Shown: positions 38,910 to 50,395 of the stretch, in pieces | Layout: every line of letters starts with the position of its first letter | How positions within the stretch are numbered: position 1 is the stretch's first letter | Assembly: GCA_030324005.1 (NCBI GenBank) | Contig: JARDVH010000193.1 | Span: forward strand, 39,189,696 to 39,253,695 | Origin: Negaprion brevirostris | Taxonomy: Eukaryota | DNA length: 64,000 nt | Direction: 5' to 3' | Notes under the pieces: model-generated | The model's input: only the letters and a program-made list of their open reading frames with translations | The model's database searches: none | What the model was told of the DNA's origin: nothing | Made by a program: the position numbers and the translations under genes

Positions 38910-39003
38910 CACTTGACGAAGGGGCAGAGCCCCTAAAGCTAGTGGCATTTGCTACCAGATAAACCTGTTGGACTTTAATCTGGTTTATGAGACTACTACT
39001 GTT
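38910..39003 (+). mobile_element. Penelope-type terminal fragment with a mutated minimal hammerhead
   Basis: CAC-TTGACGA-AGGGGC-AGA-GCCCC-TAAA-GCTA-GTG followed by TTTGCTACCAGATAAACCTGTTGGACTT. Flanked by duplicated TTCAAGTCC. Confidence 0.75.
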
Positions 39004-39349
39004 TTCAAGTCCTGCCCCAGGACTTGAATGCAAAAATCAAGGCTGACACTTCAGTGCAGTACTGAAGTGTGCTGCTCTGTCAAAGTTGCTGTCTTTTGGG
39101 TAAGATGTTAAAACAAAGCACTATGTGCTCCTCAAATGGATGCAAATGATCCCATGGTGATATTTTGAAGAACAGCAGGCAAGTTATCCCTGGGCATTAA
39201 GCATAGGAACACAGGAGTGAGAGTAGGCTATTTGGCCCTTTGAGATTGCTGTTCCAATCAATAGATGATCTGGTTGTAGTCTTAGCTCTATTCTTCTATC
39301 TGATCCTCTGAGCAATATTTATCCCTCAAGCAACATCACAAACAGTATG

Positions 39350-40050
39350 ACAAATCTCTGGCACTCTGTTGGTGGGGAGATCGATGCGTGCATACCCCCT
39401 TGCCGGCCTCCCGATCACTGGCCTCCCGATGAGTTCCCAGGCCTCCTTCTTCCAATTGCTGGCTTCCAAAGCCAACCATCCCCCCTTCCTGAGCTAGCCC
39501 CAATCACCAGTCCCCCATTTCTCCCCTCTCATGTGCAACCCCGATTTGCCCCCTATATACAACCTCGATCGCCTTCCCATCAATTCCATTGCAGAATGCG
39601 CAGCAGGTCTCCCTGTCCCTAGGACGCCCCCCCCCCACCAGCCCTGCCCCCTTAGTGGTGCCCAGTGGGCAGTGCCAGGGTGCCCAGTGGGCAGTGCCAA
39701 GGTACCAGGTTGCCACTACTGGGGAGCCTCAATGGTCTCTGTCCCCATCAACAGGCTGGGGACCCTGTTTGATACCAGCTTTAATCCCCGTTGGTGGGAA
39801 CCTCTCCCGCTAGAGACACTAGTGAGCCTAGAGAATACTATCTCAGACTTGCTAATGATATGGAAATGTGCATTTTCATATTGTAATCAGTCTCGTGCCG
39901 ATTTCTGGCATGAGGCTGATTACATTGAAAAAATGGGTCTTTGAGACTTGCAATCAGTTGGACACTGGTTGTGAGTCCCGCTACAGATTGATGTCTCTCA
40001 GTCCATTGCATTACTCGAACAGCAGGCTGGGAGAGTCACCCCTCTGTCTG
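39350..40050. mobile_element. GC-rich non-autonomous DNA element (Harbinger-type)
   Basis: C-rich internal segment with a tandem GTGCCCAGTGGGCAGTGCCA duplication. Architecture similar to 58371-59409. Confidence 0.55.
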
Positions 40051-41639
40051 AAAGGGTAGAGAAGGCAGAAAACCACATTACATTTGCAAAATACTTGGAA
40101 ATGCACTCTAAGTGCCATAACCCACAAGGCTACAGACCTGGAGCTGGAAAGTTGGATGGGCCGGTCAGCCAGAGTGGATATGATGGGCTGAATGGATTCC
40201 TTCCATGCTATAAATTTCTATGATAAGATTTTAGGATTCACCACCATATTGTTGTATGTGGGAGCTTGCTGTGTGCAAATTGGCTGCCAATATCCCGACA
40301 TTACAACAATACTTACACTTCAAAAATTCTTCATTTGCTGTAAAGTGCATTGAAATGCCTAGTGTTATGAAAATGCATATGTAAACACAAATCTTTGTTT
40401 CATTTTGGATGTGGCACATGTCCTTATTTCTATTTTCACTCAGGTAAAGGGCAAGACAGAAATTATTTACTAAAGCCAAGAATGAAGAAACCCATTAACT
40501 TCCCCCAGGATAATNNNNNNNNNNNNNNNNNNNNNNNNNNNNNNNNNNNNNNNNNNNNNNNNNNNNNNNNNNNNNNNNNNNNNNNNNNNNNNNNNNNNNN
40601 NNNNNNNNNNNNNNNNNNNNNNNNNNNNNNNNNNNNNNNNNNNNNNNNNNNNNNNNNNNNNNNNNNNNNNNNNNNNNNNNGAACAGCCCCCCCCACCCCC
40701 CCCCCCCCCCCCCAGCAAATGCAGCATAAAACGAGATAAATGATTCGAAAACCAGCTCGCCATAAAGGATTTGGCCTAATTTAACCTTCCGTTGCTCTTA
40801 GTTGATTAGAAGAAGAAGATGGTGTGATCGGCATTGTTGAAATTCAGCATCTTTCCCCTGTATGTCATTTAATTAGGAAGTGCTTGTCACTGCTCTGGTT
40901 GCAGGCTGCAAATACTTTCATGCTTGCTTGCTTGCTTTTGTTAAACACCTGAGACATCAGAAAATATTCCCGAAAAGTGCAGCAGTCATTTTTGCTATTT
41001 TATGGGTGCAGGTGAGGGGCATAATACGAAACAGGTAGCAGCAGATACAAATGTTACAAGCTCTTTGACACTGGTCACAGCTCACTCAATTCCTGTGACC
41101 TGATGTTCCCGTGATGATGAAGCGTTGGGCTATGGGGAGTGGAAGCCACCTCCTAGTTAGCATAGAAGCACTGCGGAAGCTCCAAAGCCCCAGCCGGTAA
41201 TCTGTTTCACATCTGTGTCTAGCAGTAGAAAGAGAGAGGTGAAGTGGATCAAACTGCAGGAGGGGGGCAGTGGTAAGGAAGCTGCAGAGATTTTCTGCAC
41301 TCTGCGTAAGACCACCTGTCCAACCTTGACAGATTGCTACATGGGGAGCCACACAAGATTAAATCAAATGCATGCGGTATTCTTTGTCAAAATACAGTGC
41401 GTTCCTGTGAAGTCTGTAACTAATTTTCCACAGTGTTTTTACAGTTCGCAGCATGCACTTAAAAGGAGTCCATAAAAAACTATGTCAGAGCATAATGCAA
41501 ATGTATCTGTGGAAAATGCATGTACAACTGACTTGATTTTCCTAGTGAGAGACAGTTTACCGTTGTTTTATATTTACACTTGCTAGGCGGTAGTAGCAGA
41601 CAGATGAAGGGATAGGGAATGTAAGGCAATGCACTGAAC

Positions 41640-41870
41640 AACGAAAACAGAAAATGTTAGAAATAAATAGCGGCCCAGACAGCACGAATAAAGGGAGAAG
41701 ACATAATTATGACATTTTGGATACATATCTTTCATCAGACTGAAGGTTAATGAAGGGTATGGTGCTGAAATTTTATAACCTGCTTTTCCTCTTTTCAGAC
41801 ACTGACTGATCTGCAGGGCACTTCCAACATTTTCGACTTTTATTTCAGATTTTCAGCATTGCCATATTTC
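41640..41870. mobile_element. Old Penelope-type hairpin element
   Basis: AAAACAGAAAATGTTAGAAA...CTTTCATCAGA / AATGAAGGGTAT...TTCCAACATTTTC...TTTCAGATTTTCAGCAT. Same layout as 55488-55712. Confidence 0.65.
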
Positions 41871-42084
41871 TTGTTATATTATCCTTAATTTTGTTGATAG
41901 TTATTAGTCAACCCAGCAGCCTAATGTTGGGGCTGACAGAGAAACAGCATTGGTCTGGACACAGTTGGTCAATTATTTATGGTTTTGGTGCCTTAATTTA
42001 AGAATTATGTTAAGGTCCTGGGGATAGTGGGATTATTTGCTGATGGCACTGAATAAGATATTGTCAAAGAAATCAGACTTTAGT

Positions 42085-42378
42085 TATAAGAGAATAAAGA
42101 AAGTGGGTCTGAGAGGGGAGAGATATGCAAGTGTCCAAAGGGGCAATTTTTTCAGCAGAAGGTGGTGAGTATCTGGACAAACTGCTAGAGGTAGTAACAG
42201 AGGCGGGTACAATTTTGGCTTTTAAAAAGCATTTAGATAGTTACATGGGTAAGGTGGGTTTGGAGGGATATGGGCCAAATGCGGGCAACTGGGACTAGCT
42301 TCGGGTTTCAAAAAAAAGGGTGGCATGGACAAGTTGGGCCGAAGAGCCTGTTTCCATGCTGTAAACCTTTATGACTCA
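42085..42378 (+). mobile_element. CR1 LINE 3' end
   Basis: GNFFQQKVVSIWTNC..AFKKHLDSYMG; 3' UTR GGGCCGAAGAGCCTGTTTCCATGCTGTAAAC. Confidence 0.88.
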
Positions 42379-42522
42379 TGAGAATAATAAAGGTTAAAAG
42401 GAGATGCAATAAAGCTGTTCAAAATAGTGACTTTATTGATGAAATAAATAATGGAAATTNNNNNNNNNNNNNNNNNNNNNNNNNNNNNNNNNNNNNNNNN
42501 NNNNNNNNNNNNNNNNNNNNNN

Positions 42523-42628
42523 TTTGTCCTGAAAATGTAAAATCCTGCCTGAGGTCAATGGACCTTGCCATTATCCACCCTTCAACCGCTTTGATTCCCA
42601 TAGAGGGTGAGGAGGTAAAATTCCGGCT
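42523..42628. mobile_element. ~125 bp Harbinger-type MITE (left end in a gap)
   Basis: AAATCCTGCCTGAGGTCAATGGACCTT...GATTCCCAT...GGTAAAATTCCGGCT. Homologous to 1079-1205. Confidence 0.75.
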
Positions 42629-42631
42629 ATA

Positions 42632-42890
42632 GAGTTTAAGCTTATTTATTAGTGTCACAAGTAGGCCATTAACACGGCAGTGAAGTTACTGTGAAAATTC
42701 CGTAGTTGCCACACTCTGGCACCTGTTCGGGCACACTGAAGGAGAACATAGCATGGCCAGCACGTCTGTGGAAGGAAACCGGAGGAAACCCATGCAGACG
42801 TGGGGAGGATGTGCAGACTCTGCACAATCACTGGCCCAAGCCGGGAATCAAATCTGAGTCCCTGGTGCTGTGGGGAAGCAGTGCTTACCA
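42632..42890 (-). mobile_element. V-SINE, type B tail
   Basis: TTATTAGTGTCACAAGTAGG...GAAGTTACTGTGAAAAT...GGAAACCCATGCAGACG. A further tail fragment lies at 45062-45232. Confidence 0.85.
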
Positions 42891-42894
42891 GATG

Positions 42895-43415
42895 ATTTGT
42901 ATAAACTCCTCAAGCACTTAAACCTTCCAAGAACTCTGTGCGTCTCCAATTCTGGCTTCTTGCATGTCTCCATTTTCATTGCTCACTTATGATTGTTTTC
43001 ATTTTAAAACTGCATATTTTGGCATAATAAAGAGATACATTTGGAATTCTACCTTTATCTGCTTATTTGAGTCAGCTGCCTGAGCCCTAAGCTCTCAAAG
43101 TTCCCCCCTAAAGGTGTTNNNNNNNNNNNNNNNNNNNNNNNNNNNNNNNNNNNNNNNNNNNNNNNNNNNNNNNNNNNNNNNNNNNNNNNNNNNNNNNNNN
43201 NNNNNNNNNNNNNNNNNNATGGCGGGGCAGGCTCGAAGGGCTAGATGGCCTACTCCTGCTCCTATTTCTTATGTTCTTATGTTCTTATGTACCTGTCTGA
43301 TCAATCTTTTGGTTACCTGTCATAATATCTCTGTTCGTGGCTCAATATCAAATTTTGTTTGATAATGCTCGTTTGAACATTTCATTCAATTGAAGTTGCT
43401 ATATAAATGCAACTT
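42895..43415 (+). mobile_element. L2 LINE 3' fragments with a CR1 tail inserted (43219-43289)
   Basis: CCTTCCAAGAACTCTGTGCGTCTCCAATTCTGGC and GCTATATAAATGCAA. Homologous to 48320-48580. Confidence 0.65.
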
Positions 43416-46194
43416 CCGGTTGTAGAAAACAGGAATGCAATATCATCGCACAGAATGAATGGAATGAATATTTTATTTCGCAGTAGGTTTTTTAGGATAT
43501 GAAATTGCCCTCCCAGGGAATGTGTGAAAGTACAATCCCTATTAGAAAAGAAAGAAGGTGAGAGTGTATGGAGACAAGGCAGAATTTGAGGCTAAATATG
43601 GATGGAATTTGCTTCCTTTCCTGCTGTAAAACTCAATGATTTTATAAAAAAAAGCAAATGCTGCAGAGTGTAGAGCTATAAATAGAGTTGTCTGAATCGA
43701 AATACATTTTGATGCATTTATGCAGAGCTTCTGTCCAGGAAAAATGTGGTAAGTGTCTCTTGCTCTTTAAAGAAAGACCCAGAGATTCTCAAATAAGCAA
43801 ACATGCGTTGAATTTTTAAAGTATCTTTTTGAAAAATTAAAATGTGTCCAAAGAGGACAATGCTTGTGTCACTGTAATGAGCTGCCATCTATATCTCCAT
43901 CCCACAGATATGAGTTTGTAACACTCGAATGTTTTAAAGAAAGCACAGAGATCATTTTAAGTAGGCGATAGTATTAAAGCTGTCTGCTGGGTAGAATCAT
44001 TTTTCAATTTGCAATCCAGCCCCAGGTAAATCAGCAAGGAATAGCCTTTGCCTCATGCATGATTGTTCCTGGTGTTTGCTATTGTTATATACCTGACTGG
44101 TAAATTATGTAAAAATGAGTCACTGGCTTTTTCAATTTTCATTTAGTGGCTGGTGCACAAAGAGTTGTGCTGAGAAATAATATTGTGGCCCTGATTCCAA
44201 CTCCCAAAAGTAGCTGGCCATTGGTGAAGTTGAGCCACGTGTCTAGATGGAGGCGTTGGGGGAGGAGATAGAAGATGATTGACAGGCCAGTCAACTGACA
44301 ATCTTTTGCACCAATTAGCAGTCAGATGTACTCTTGGCAATAGCCAATGAAATAACCTTCTTACCTTTTTTGAGTATTGGTGCACTATGCAAAGAGGGAG
44401 GAAACTAATTTTGTTTTAGAAAAATGTTTGAAATAAATCTAAATTATTTAGATCAAATATTGATTACTCATGTACATGTTGGTACAGATACAGGATGCCA
44501 TATAGTTCTAGACAAATAATTTAAAATTCAAGCTTACTTACTTTGAAAAAAAAATGCCTGTGACACGCATGATTTCTTCTGGCAAGCCCAGAATTTTTTT
44601 TGCATTTGCTGTCTTGTTGCTTGGTGCGGTCTTACAAACAACATAAGAAAGGCACGCGTGTCAGGAACGTGCAGTGCAGTCAATTATGATTTGCAAAAGA
44701 AAATAATGAATTTAATGAATTCTCTACAGTTGGGTGGTTAAATTAACTGTTTTCAGACAGACGTGTAAAGGTTGACATTCCAAGCAATTCATTGTATTCA
44801 CATTGAACAGGACTGTTGCATTCCACTCTTGATTATGTACACATGCCACCTCCTGATGCAGCCTGGCAATGGAATGCAATAAAGGGAAAGTTTCTTTTGA
44901 AGAATTGTTGTTGGCCAAAATGTTTGGGTCATCATTGCTGCACTTGAAAAATGTTTTTACATTTCTTGTTATTAATGAACAGAAAATCAGGGAAGTCCTC
45001 TGGACAACTCCTGCTCTTCAGGCTTTGCACTGAACAACAGAACTTGAAAAGTAAGTTTAAGCTGACTTATTTAAGTGTGTCACAAGTAGGCTTACATTAA
45101 CACGGCAATGAAGTTACTGTGAATATCCCTCAGTCGCAATACTCTGGCACCTGTTTGGGTACACTGAAGGAGAATTTAGCATGGCCAATGCACCTAACCA
45201 GCGTGTGTTTTGGACTGTGGGTGGAAACTGGAGCAAAAGAACAATGGTTTGTTATATGCAAGAGAGTGTGAGTGGTCCTGTCCCAAACTTGTGTACGAGG
45301 AATATGTACAAAATTATAAACATACTTCTACCCAGATTCAACGGAAATTGTTGTTGTAGTGATGCGATTGGCACCTTTTGCCAAGCAGCCTACAGCTGTG
45401 CTTTAACTGGGAGGTGGTCTACAGCCCCGAGTAATCTCGCTCTCATTCTGGGGTAGTACTCTGCAGCAGAACCCCCTTCAGAAAATGGCTGAATTTTTTC
45501 CCAATTTCCAGCCAAATGTTCCAGAGGCCAAGTGATATTGAGTCCATAACAGAAGCTGGAATTTTCCAGGCTATTAGTGACAGGCTGGGAAATGAAGTCT
45601 GGTATTATGGCATGGGATTGCATCTAGTAGCAGCTAAACATCTTCCTGTCACCAGCTATTTAAGGGGAAGGTGTCAGTTGTATGTCCTGATGAGAGTCCA
45701 ATTGAGCCATTAAATTGGGTTCCAGAGAGTGTTGGGTGCCTCTTGGCTGGCAGTAATAGCTTTCTCTGCAGCAATCAGATCACCATCTGTGTTCCCAATT
45801 CACTAGGACCAACTAACTGGTGCTAGCATCCACAGACTGCACTTGCCCATCTTCAGGGGTGGACAACCTCAATTCTCCCTCATCTTCCAGGTGCTGCCTC
45901 AGACGGCCTCCAGTAGCAGCAACCCTGCTGAACTGTTTGCTCCCTGATTGGGTAAGCTTCCCTGGGTGATGGAATACCCTTCTTAATGGAACAGAAACTG
46001 TGGAGGCAATTAGTTGGCACCATTGGAAAAATATATTGTCCCACTGCCTGCAAAATGGGTACAACCTCCACTATCGGCCTAGGCAGCAGGACGCCTCTAA
46101 CAAAATGTAGTCAGAGTTAAAATTTCAAGTCAATGTTCTTTTATTAGAAGTAGCAAAGGTTGTAATGTAACAGATGTTTAATAAGATACAATGG

Positions 46195-47741
46195 CAATCT
46201 TTTATCCTTTGATAAAGCTCCACATGGTAGGCTGCTCTGGAAAGTTAGATCACATGGAACCCAAGGTGAGCTGGAAAATTGGATACACAAATGGCTTGAT
46301 GGTAGGAAGTGATGGGATAAAAGTAGAAGGATGTTTGTTGGACTGGAGGCTTGTGACTAGTGGTGTGCCTCAGGGCTCAGTGCCGGGTCCCGTTGCTGGT
46401 TGTTATCTATATCAATGACTTGGATGAGAATGTACAGTACAGAAGAGGCCTTTTGATCCAATGAGTTGCACTACACCAAATTTACATAAACCCCACTTTC
46501 CTTGAACATTCTGACATTACAAGTGCTCCTCCTTATACTTTCTGATGGTTGTGGTGTTTCCTGCATTTACTACCCTCCCAGGCAGTTCATTCCAGTCTCC
46601 CACCAGCCTTTGGGTGAAAAAAACTTTGCAAATCTCCTCTAAACCTCCTGCCCCTCCTTAAAATTATGACCCTTTGTTACTGATCCTTCAACAAAGGAGG
46701 GGGAGCAGCTGCTTCTTATCCACCTTGTCCATAGTCCTCATAATCTTTTAAATTTCAATAATGTCCTCCTCAGCCTTCTCATAGGAATCATAGCCTACAG
46801 TGCAGACAGAGGCCAATCGGCCCGTCAAGTCTGTGCCAACCAGAATCCCACCCAGGCTCTACTCCCATTTCCTTAGATGTTTTACCCACTAATCCCTATA
46901 ACCTATGCATCTCAGGACACCAAGGGACAATTTTAACATGGCCAATCCACCTAACCACATTTTTGGACTGGGGGAGGAGACCGGAGCACCTGGAGGAAAC
47001 CCACACAGACATTGTGCAAACTCCACACAGACAGTGACCCGTGCCAGGATTCAAACCCAGGTCCTGGAGCTGTGAAGCAGCAGTGCTAACCACGGTGCTG
47101 CCCCTGCTCTCCGCTGGAAAGAAAAAAATCCAAACCTATCCAGCATATCTTCATAGCTCAAATGTTGCATCCCAGGCAACATCCTGGTAAATCTCCTCTG
47201 CACCTCCTCCTAGTGCAATCACATCCTTCCTATCGTGGGGCAGAAATTTGCAGATGACTGAGTTGGCCGAGTAATGGAGACTGTTGAGGATGGTTATAAT
47301 CTCCAAAACTATACTGATGGGTTGCTGAAGTGGGCGGTCAAGTGGCAGATGGATTTTAACACAAAAATGTGAGGTAATGCCTTTGGGGAGGCCAAACAGA
47401 TAATAAATGGGATTATGCATATATAAAGAGCAAGAGGATATCCAGGGAGAGGGTTGGCCCACTCAAGGACAAGGGAGAGAATCTATGCGTGGAGCCAGAG
47501 GAAATGGACGAGGTATTTAATGAGTACTTTGTGTCAATATTCACCAAAGAGAAGGACTTGATGGATGAGTCTGGAAAGGATATGTGGATTGTTTGAATCA
47601 TATTGAGATCAAAAAGGAGGAGGTATTGGGGTTCTTGAGAAACATTAAGGTAGACAAGTCCCCAGACCTGATGGGATATACCCCAGAATACTGAGAGGCG
47701 AGGGAGGAAATTGCTGGGGCCTTGAGAGAAATTTTTGTATC
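46195..47741. mobile_element. Nested CR1 cluster: a plus-strand CR1 (46195-46437, resuming ~47245) interrupted by a minus-strand CR1 (46438-47240)
   Basis: VTSGVPQGSVPGP..YINDLDENVQ resumes as KFADD at ~47245. Another CR1 piece, KVDKSPDLMG.YPRILREAREEIAGAL, lies at 47400-47741. Confidence 0.85.
46781..47103 (-). mobile_element. HE1/V-SINE nested in the CR1
   Basis: Full head, core and tail. CR1 sequence CAGCCTTCTC...TGCTC resumes across it. Confidence 0.9.
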
Positions 47742-47994
47742 NNNNNNNNNNNNNNNNNNNNNNNNNNNNNNNNNNNNNNNNNNNNNNNNNNNNNNNNNNN
47801 NNNNNNNNNNNNNNNNNNNNNNNNNNNNNNNNNNNNNNNNNTACTTAGCCTATCCTACTATTCAGTCCTTGTGTACATGTCTAGCTTCCCCTTAAATACA
47901 CCGGTGCTATTTGCTTCAGCTGCTCTTTGTGCTTCCAATTATTACATGCTAACCACTTGCTGGGTAAAGAGGTTTCTCCAAACTTGTTTTAATG

Positions 47995-48580
47995 CATCCA
48001 TTAATGACAATCACATCACTCAACTTCACCCCGTCTCAGCTCATCTGTTGCTGTAACCTTCATCCATGCTTTTATTATCTCCAGGTTTGACTAATCCAAC
48101 ATATTTCTAGCTGGTCTCCCACATTCTACCCTCTGTAATCTTGAAGTCATCCAAAACTCTGCTGCCCATGTCTTAACTCACAACAAGTCTCATTCCCTAT
48201 CATCCCCATATTCACTGATCCACATTGGCTTTTGATCAAGCAATATAACAATTTTAAAATTCATAGCCTTGTTTTCAAATGGTCTTGCCCCTCCCTAAGC
48301 CTGTAATGTCTGCCAATTCTGCAACCCTTCAAAATATCTGTGCTCCTCCAACTCTGGCCTCTTGTGCATTTCCAATCATAACTGCTGCACCATTGCCTTA
48401 GTCCCAATCTCTGGAGTACCATCCCTAAACCTTTCCACCCTAGTTTTTNNNNNNNNNNCACCTACCTCTTTAATGAAGCTTTTGATCACCTGACCTAATG
48501 TCCTCATGTGGGTTGGTGTCAGACTTTCTGTTATAAAGCTCATGTGAAGTGTTTAGGATGTTTCATTACGTTAAAGGTAC
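47995..48580 (+). mobile_element. L2 LINE ORF2 C-terminal fragment
   Basis: LSSSVAVTFIHAFIISRFD*SNIFLAGLPHSTLCNLEVIQNSAAHVLTHNKSHSPIIPIFTDPHWL. Confidence 0.9.
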
Positions 48581-49087
48581 CGTACGAGGCTTGTCCAACC
48601 CAAATGCAACCCATCGCATTATAGGACTCAGCTGTTGAAATCTTCACGAAGATAATTTGGAAAAATGCTGCCAGCCTGCTCATCCTTTGGCAGGCTGGTT
48701 TCTCTATGCTGCTGAAAGCTCACTCACGAGCCAACGTCAGGAGGAACCAGCCTGTGATTGGACAATTCAAATGCAGTTTGTTGCCAAGTAAGTTTGACTT
48801 CTCGGTTGCAGTGTGGGAAGTCCAGATCAGGTGGGCTCACTTGAATATAGTCCAAGGAGGCAGGTGGGCAATGGAGTTTGGGAGGCCTCAGGTGGGCCCA
48901 GGATGGTTACTGTTGTGGCAGGCCCGTGCAGGTCACTGTTGCAGCCAGCCTCTTTTGGTCGATGTTGTGATGGAGGTGGGTGGTGAGGGATTGGCAGAGG
49001 AGGGGATGGGCAGTGAGATTCCATAGCTTAGGGTATGGGGGTGGGGGGCAGTAAGAGAGTGGGTTGCAAGAAAATGTTCCCATTTAA

Positions 49088-49421
49088 GGGTGGCACAGTG
49101 GTTAGCACTGCTGCCCCACAGCACCAGAGACCCAGGTGTGAGTCCAGCCTCGTGTGACTGTGTGGACTTTTTATGTATTCCCTATATCTGGCATGGGTTT
49201 CCTCTGTGTGCTCCAGTTTCCTCCCACAATCCAAAGATGTGTAGGTTAGGTGGCTTGCCCATGTTAAATTCCTCTTAATGTTCCAGATGTGTAGGTTACA
49301 GAGATTAACAGGGTAAATACATGGGGTTATGGGGATAGGGCCTAGGTAGGATGCTCTCTTGGAGAGTCAATACAGATTCGATAGGCCAAATGGCCTCCTA
49401 CACAATTCTACGATTCTATGA
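49088..49421 (+). mobile_element. HE1/V-SINE (CR1-type tail)
   Basis: Head, V-domain and ATTCTACGATTCTATGA tail. Confidence 0.9.
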
Positions 49422-49746
49422 TTAAAGAAAGGGTCAAGAATTAGAAGACACCAGCTGAGGTGAATGGCAAAAAATACAATGGTAAATGAGGGAAACCTTT
49501 TTGTTACGGGGTGAGTGGCTAAGATCTGGGATGCATTCTCTGACAGTAATTGGAGACAGATTCAGTCATGGCTTTCTCAAGGAAATTAGATAATTATCTT
49601 AATAGAATAAATTTGCCAGGCTATGAGGAAGTTGGTATAGCTGAGTTACACTTGCACAGAGCCAGCACCAACATTTATCTGTGCTGTGGCCATTCAGTAA
49701 TTCCTTCCTTCTATGAAAACCAGGACTGTGTACATTATTCCAAATT

Positions 49747-50046
49747 GGGATGGCACAGTGGTTAGCACTGCTGCCTCACAGCACAAGGGGTCTAGATTCG
49801 ATTCCCGGCTTGGGTCATTGTGTGTGTGGAATTTGCATGTTCTCCCATGCATCTGCGCGGGTTCCCTCGGGATGCTCTGGTTTCTACCCACAGTCCGAAA
49901 GATGTGCTGGTTAGTTGCATTGGCCATGCTAAATTCTCTATCAGTGTACCTGAACAGGCATCGGAGTGTGGCGACTAGAGGATTTTCACAGTAACTTCAT
50001 TGCAGTGTTAGTGTAAGCCTACTGTGACTAATAAATACATTTAACT
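49747..50046 (+). mobile_element. V-SINE, type B tail
   Basis: GGCACAGTGGTTAGCACTGCTGCCTCACAGC...GGAGTGTGGCGACTAGAGGATTTTCACAGTAACTTCATTGCAGTG. Confidence 0.92.
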
Positions 50047-50048
50047 TT

Positions 50049-50395
50049 TCATAGAATCCTTACAGTGCAGAGGGAGGCCATTCAGCCCATCGAGTCCGCA
50101 TCGACAACAATCCTCCCAGGCCTTAACCCCGTAACCCCATGTATTTACCCTGCTAGTTCTCCTGACATTAACGGACAATTTACTATGGCCAATCAATCTA
50201 ACTTGCACATTTTTGGACTATGGGAGGAAGCCAGAGCACCCGAAGGAAACCCACACAGACATGGGGAGAACATGCAAACTCCGTGTCAACTGTCACCCAA
50301 GGCCCGAATTGAACCCAGGTCCCAAGGCCTGAATTTAACCCGGATCCCTGGCATTGTGAGGCAGCAGTGCTAACCACTGTGGCATTGTGCTGCCC
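50049..50395 (-). mobile_element. HE1/V-SINE (CR1-type tail), tail-to-tail with the previous SINE
   Basis: CATAGAATCCTTACAGTGCAG...GCAGCAGTGCTAACCACTGTGGCATTGTGCTGCCC. Confidence 0.92.

Larger units (their letters stand above)
38845..40395 (+). mobile_element. DeuSINE (SacSINE1/AmnSINE1-like) split by four nested insertions
   Basis: Head GTAGCTCAG...GGGTTCAAGTCCCACTC; core GGCTGACACTTCAGTGCAGTACTGA...GATCCCATGG...AATATTTATCCCTCAAGCAACATCAC; tail GGGAGCTTGCTGTGTGCAAATTGGCTGCC...TACACTTCAAAA at 40245-40395. Confidence 0.85.

Noticed and set aside
40686-40713. Poly-C tract / G-quadruplex
   Set aside because: A simple homopolymer at a gap edge with unreliable length.
41086-41245. Minus-strand exon with a good acceptor
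   Set aside because: All frames contain or end in stops, no homology recognised, and the donor is weak.
45685-45720. Other CTGATGA motifs (also 37233, 58869) as hammerheads
   Set aside because: No stem II followed by GAAA.
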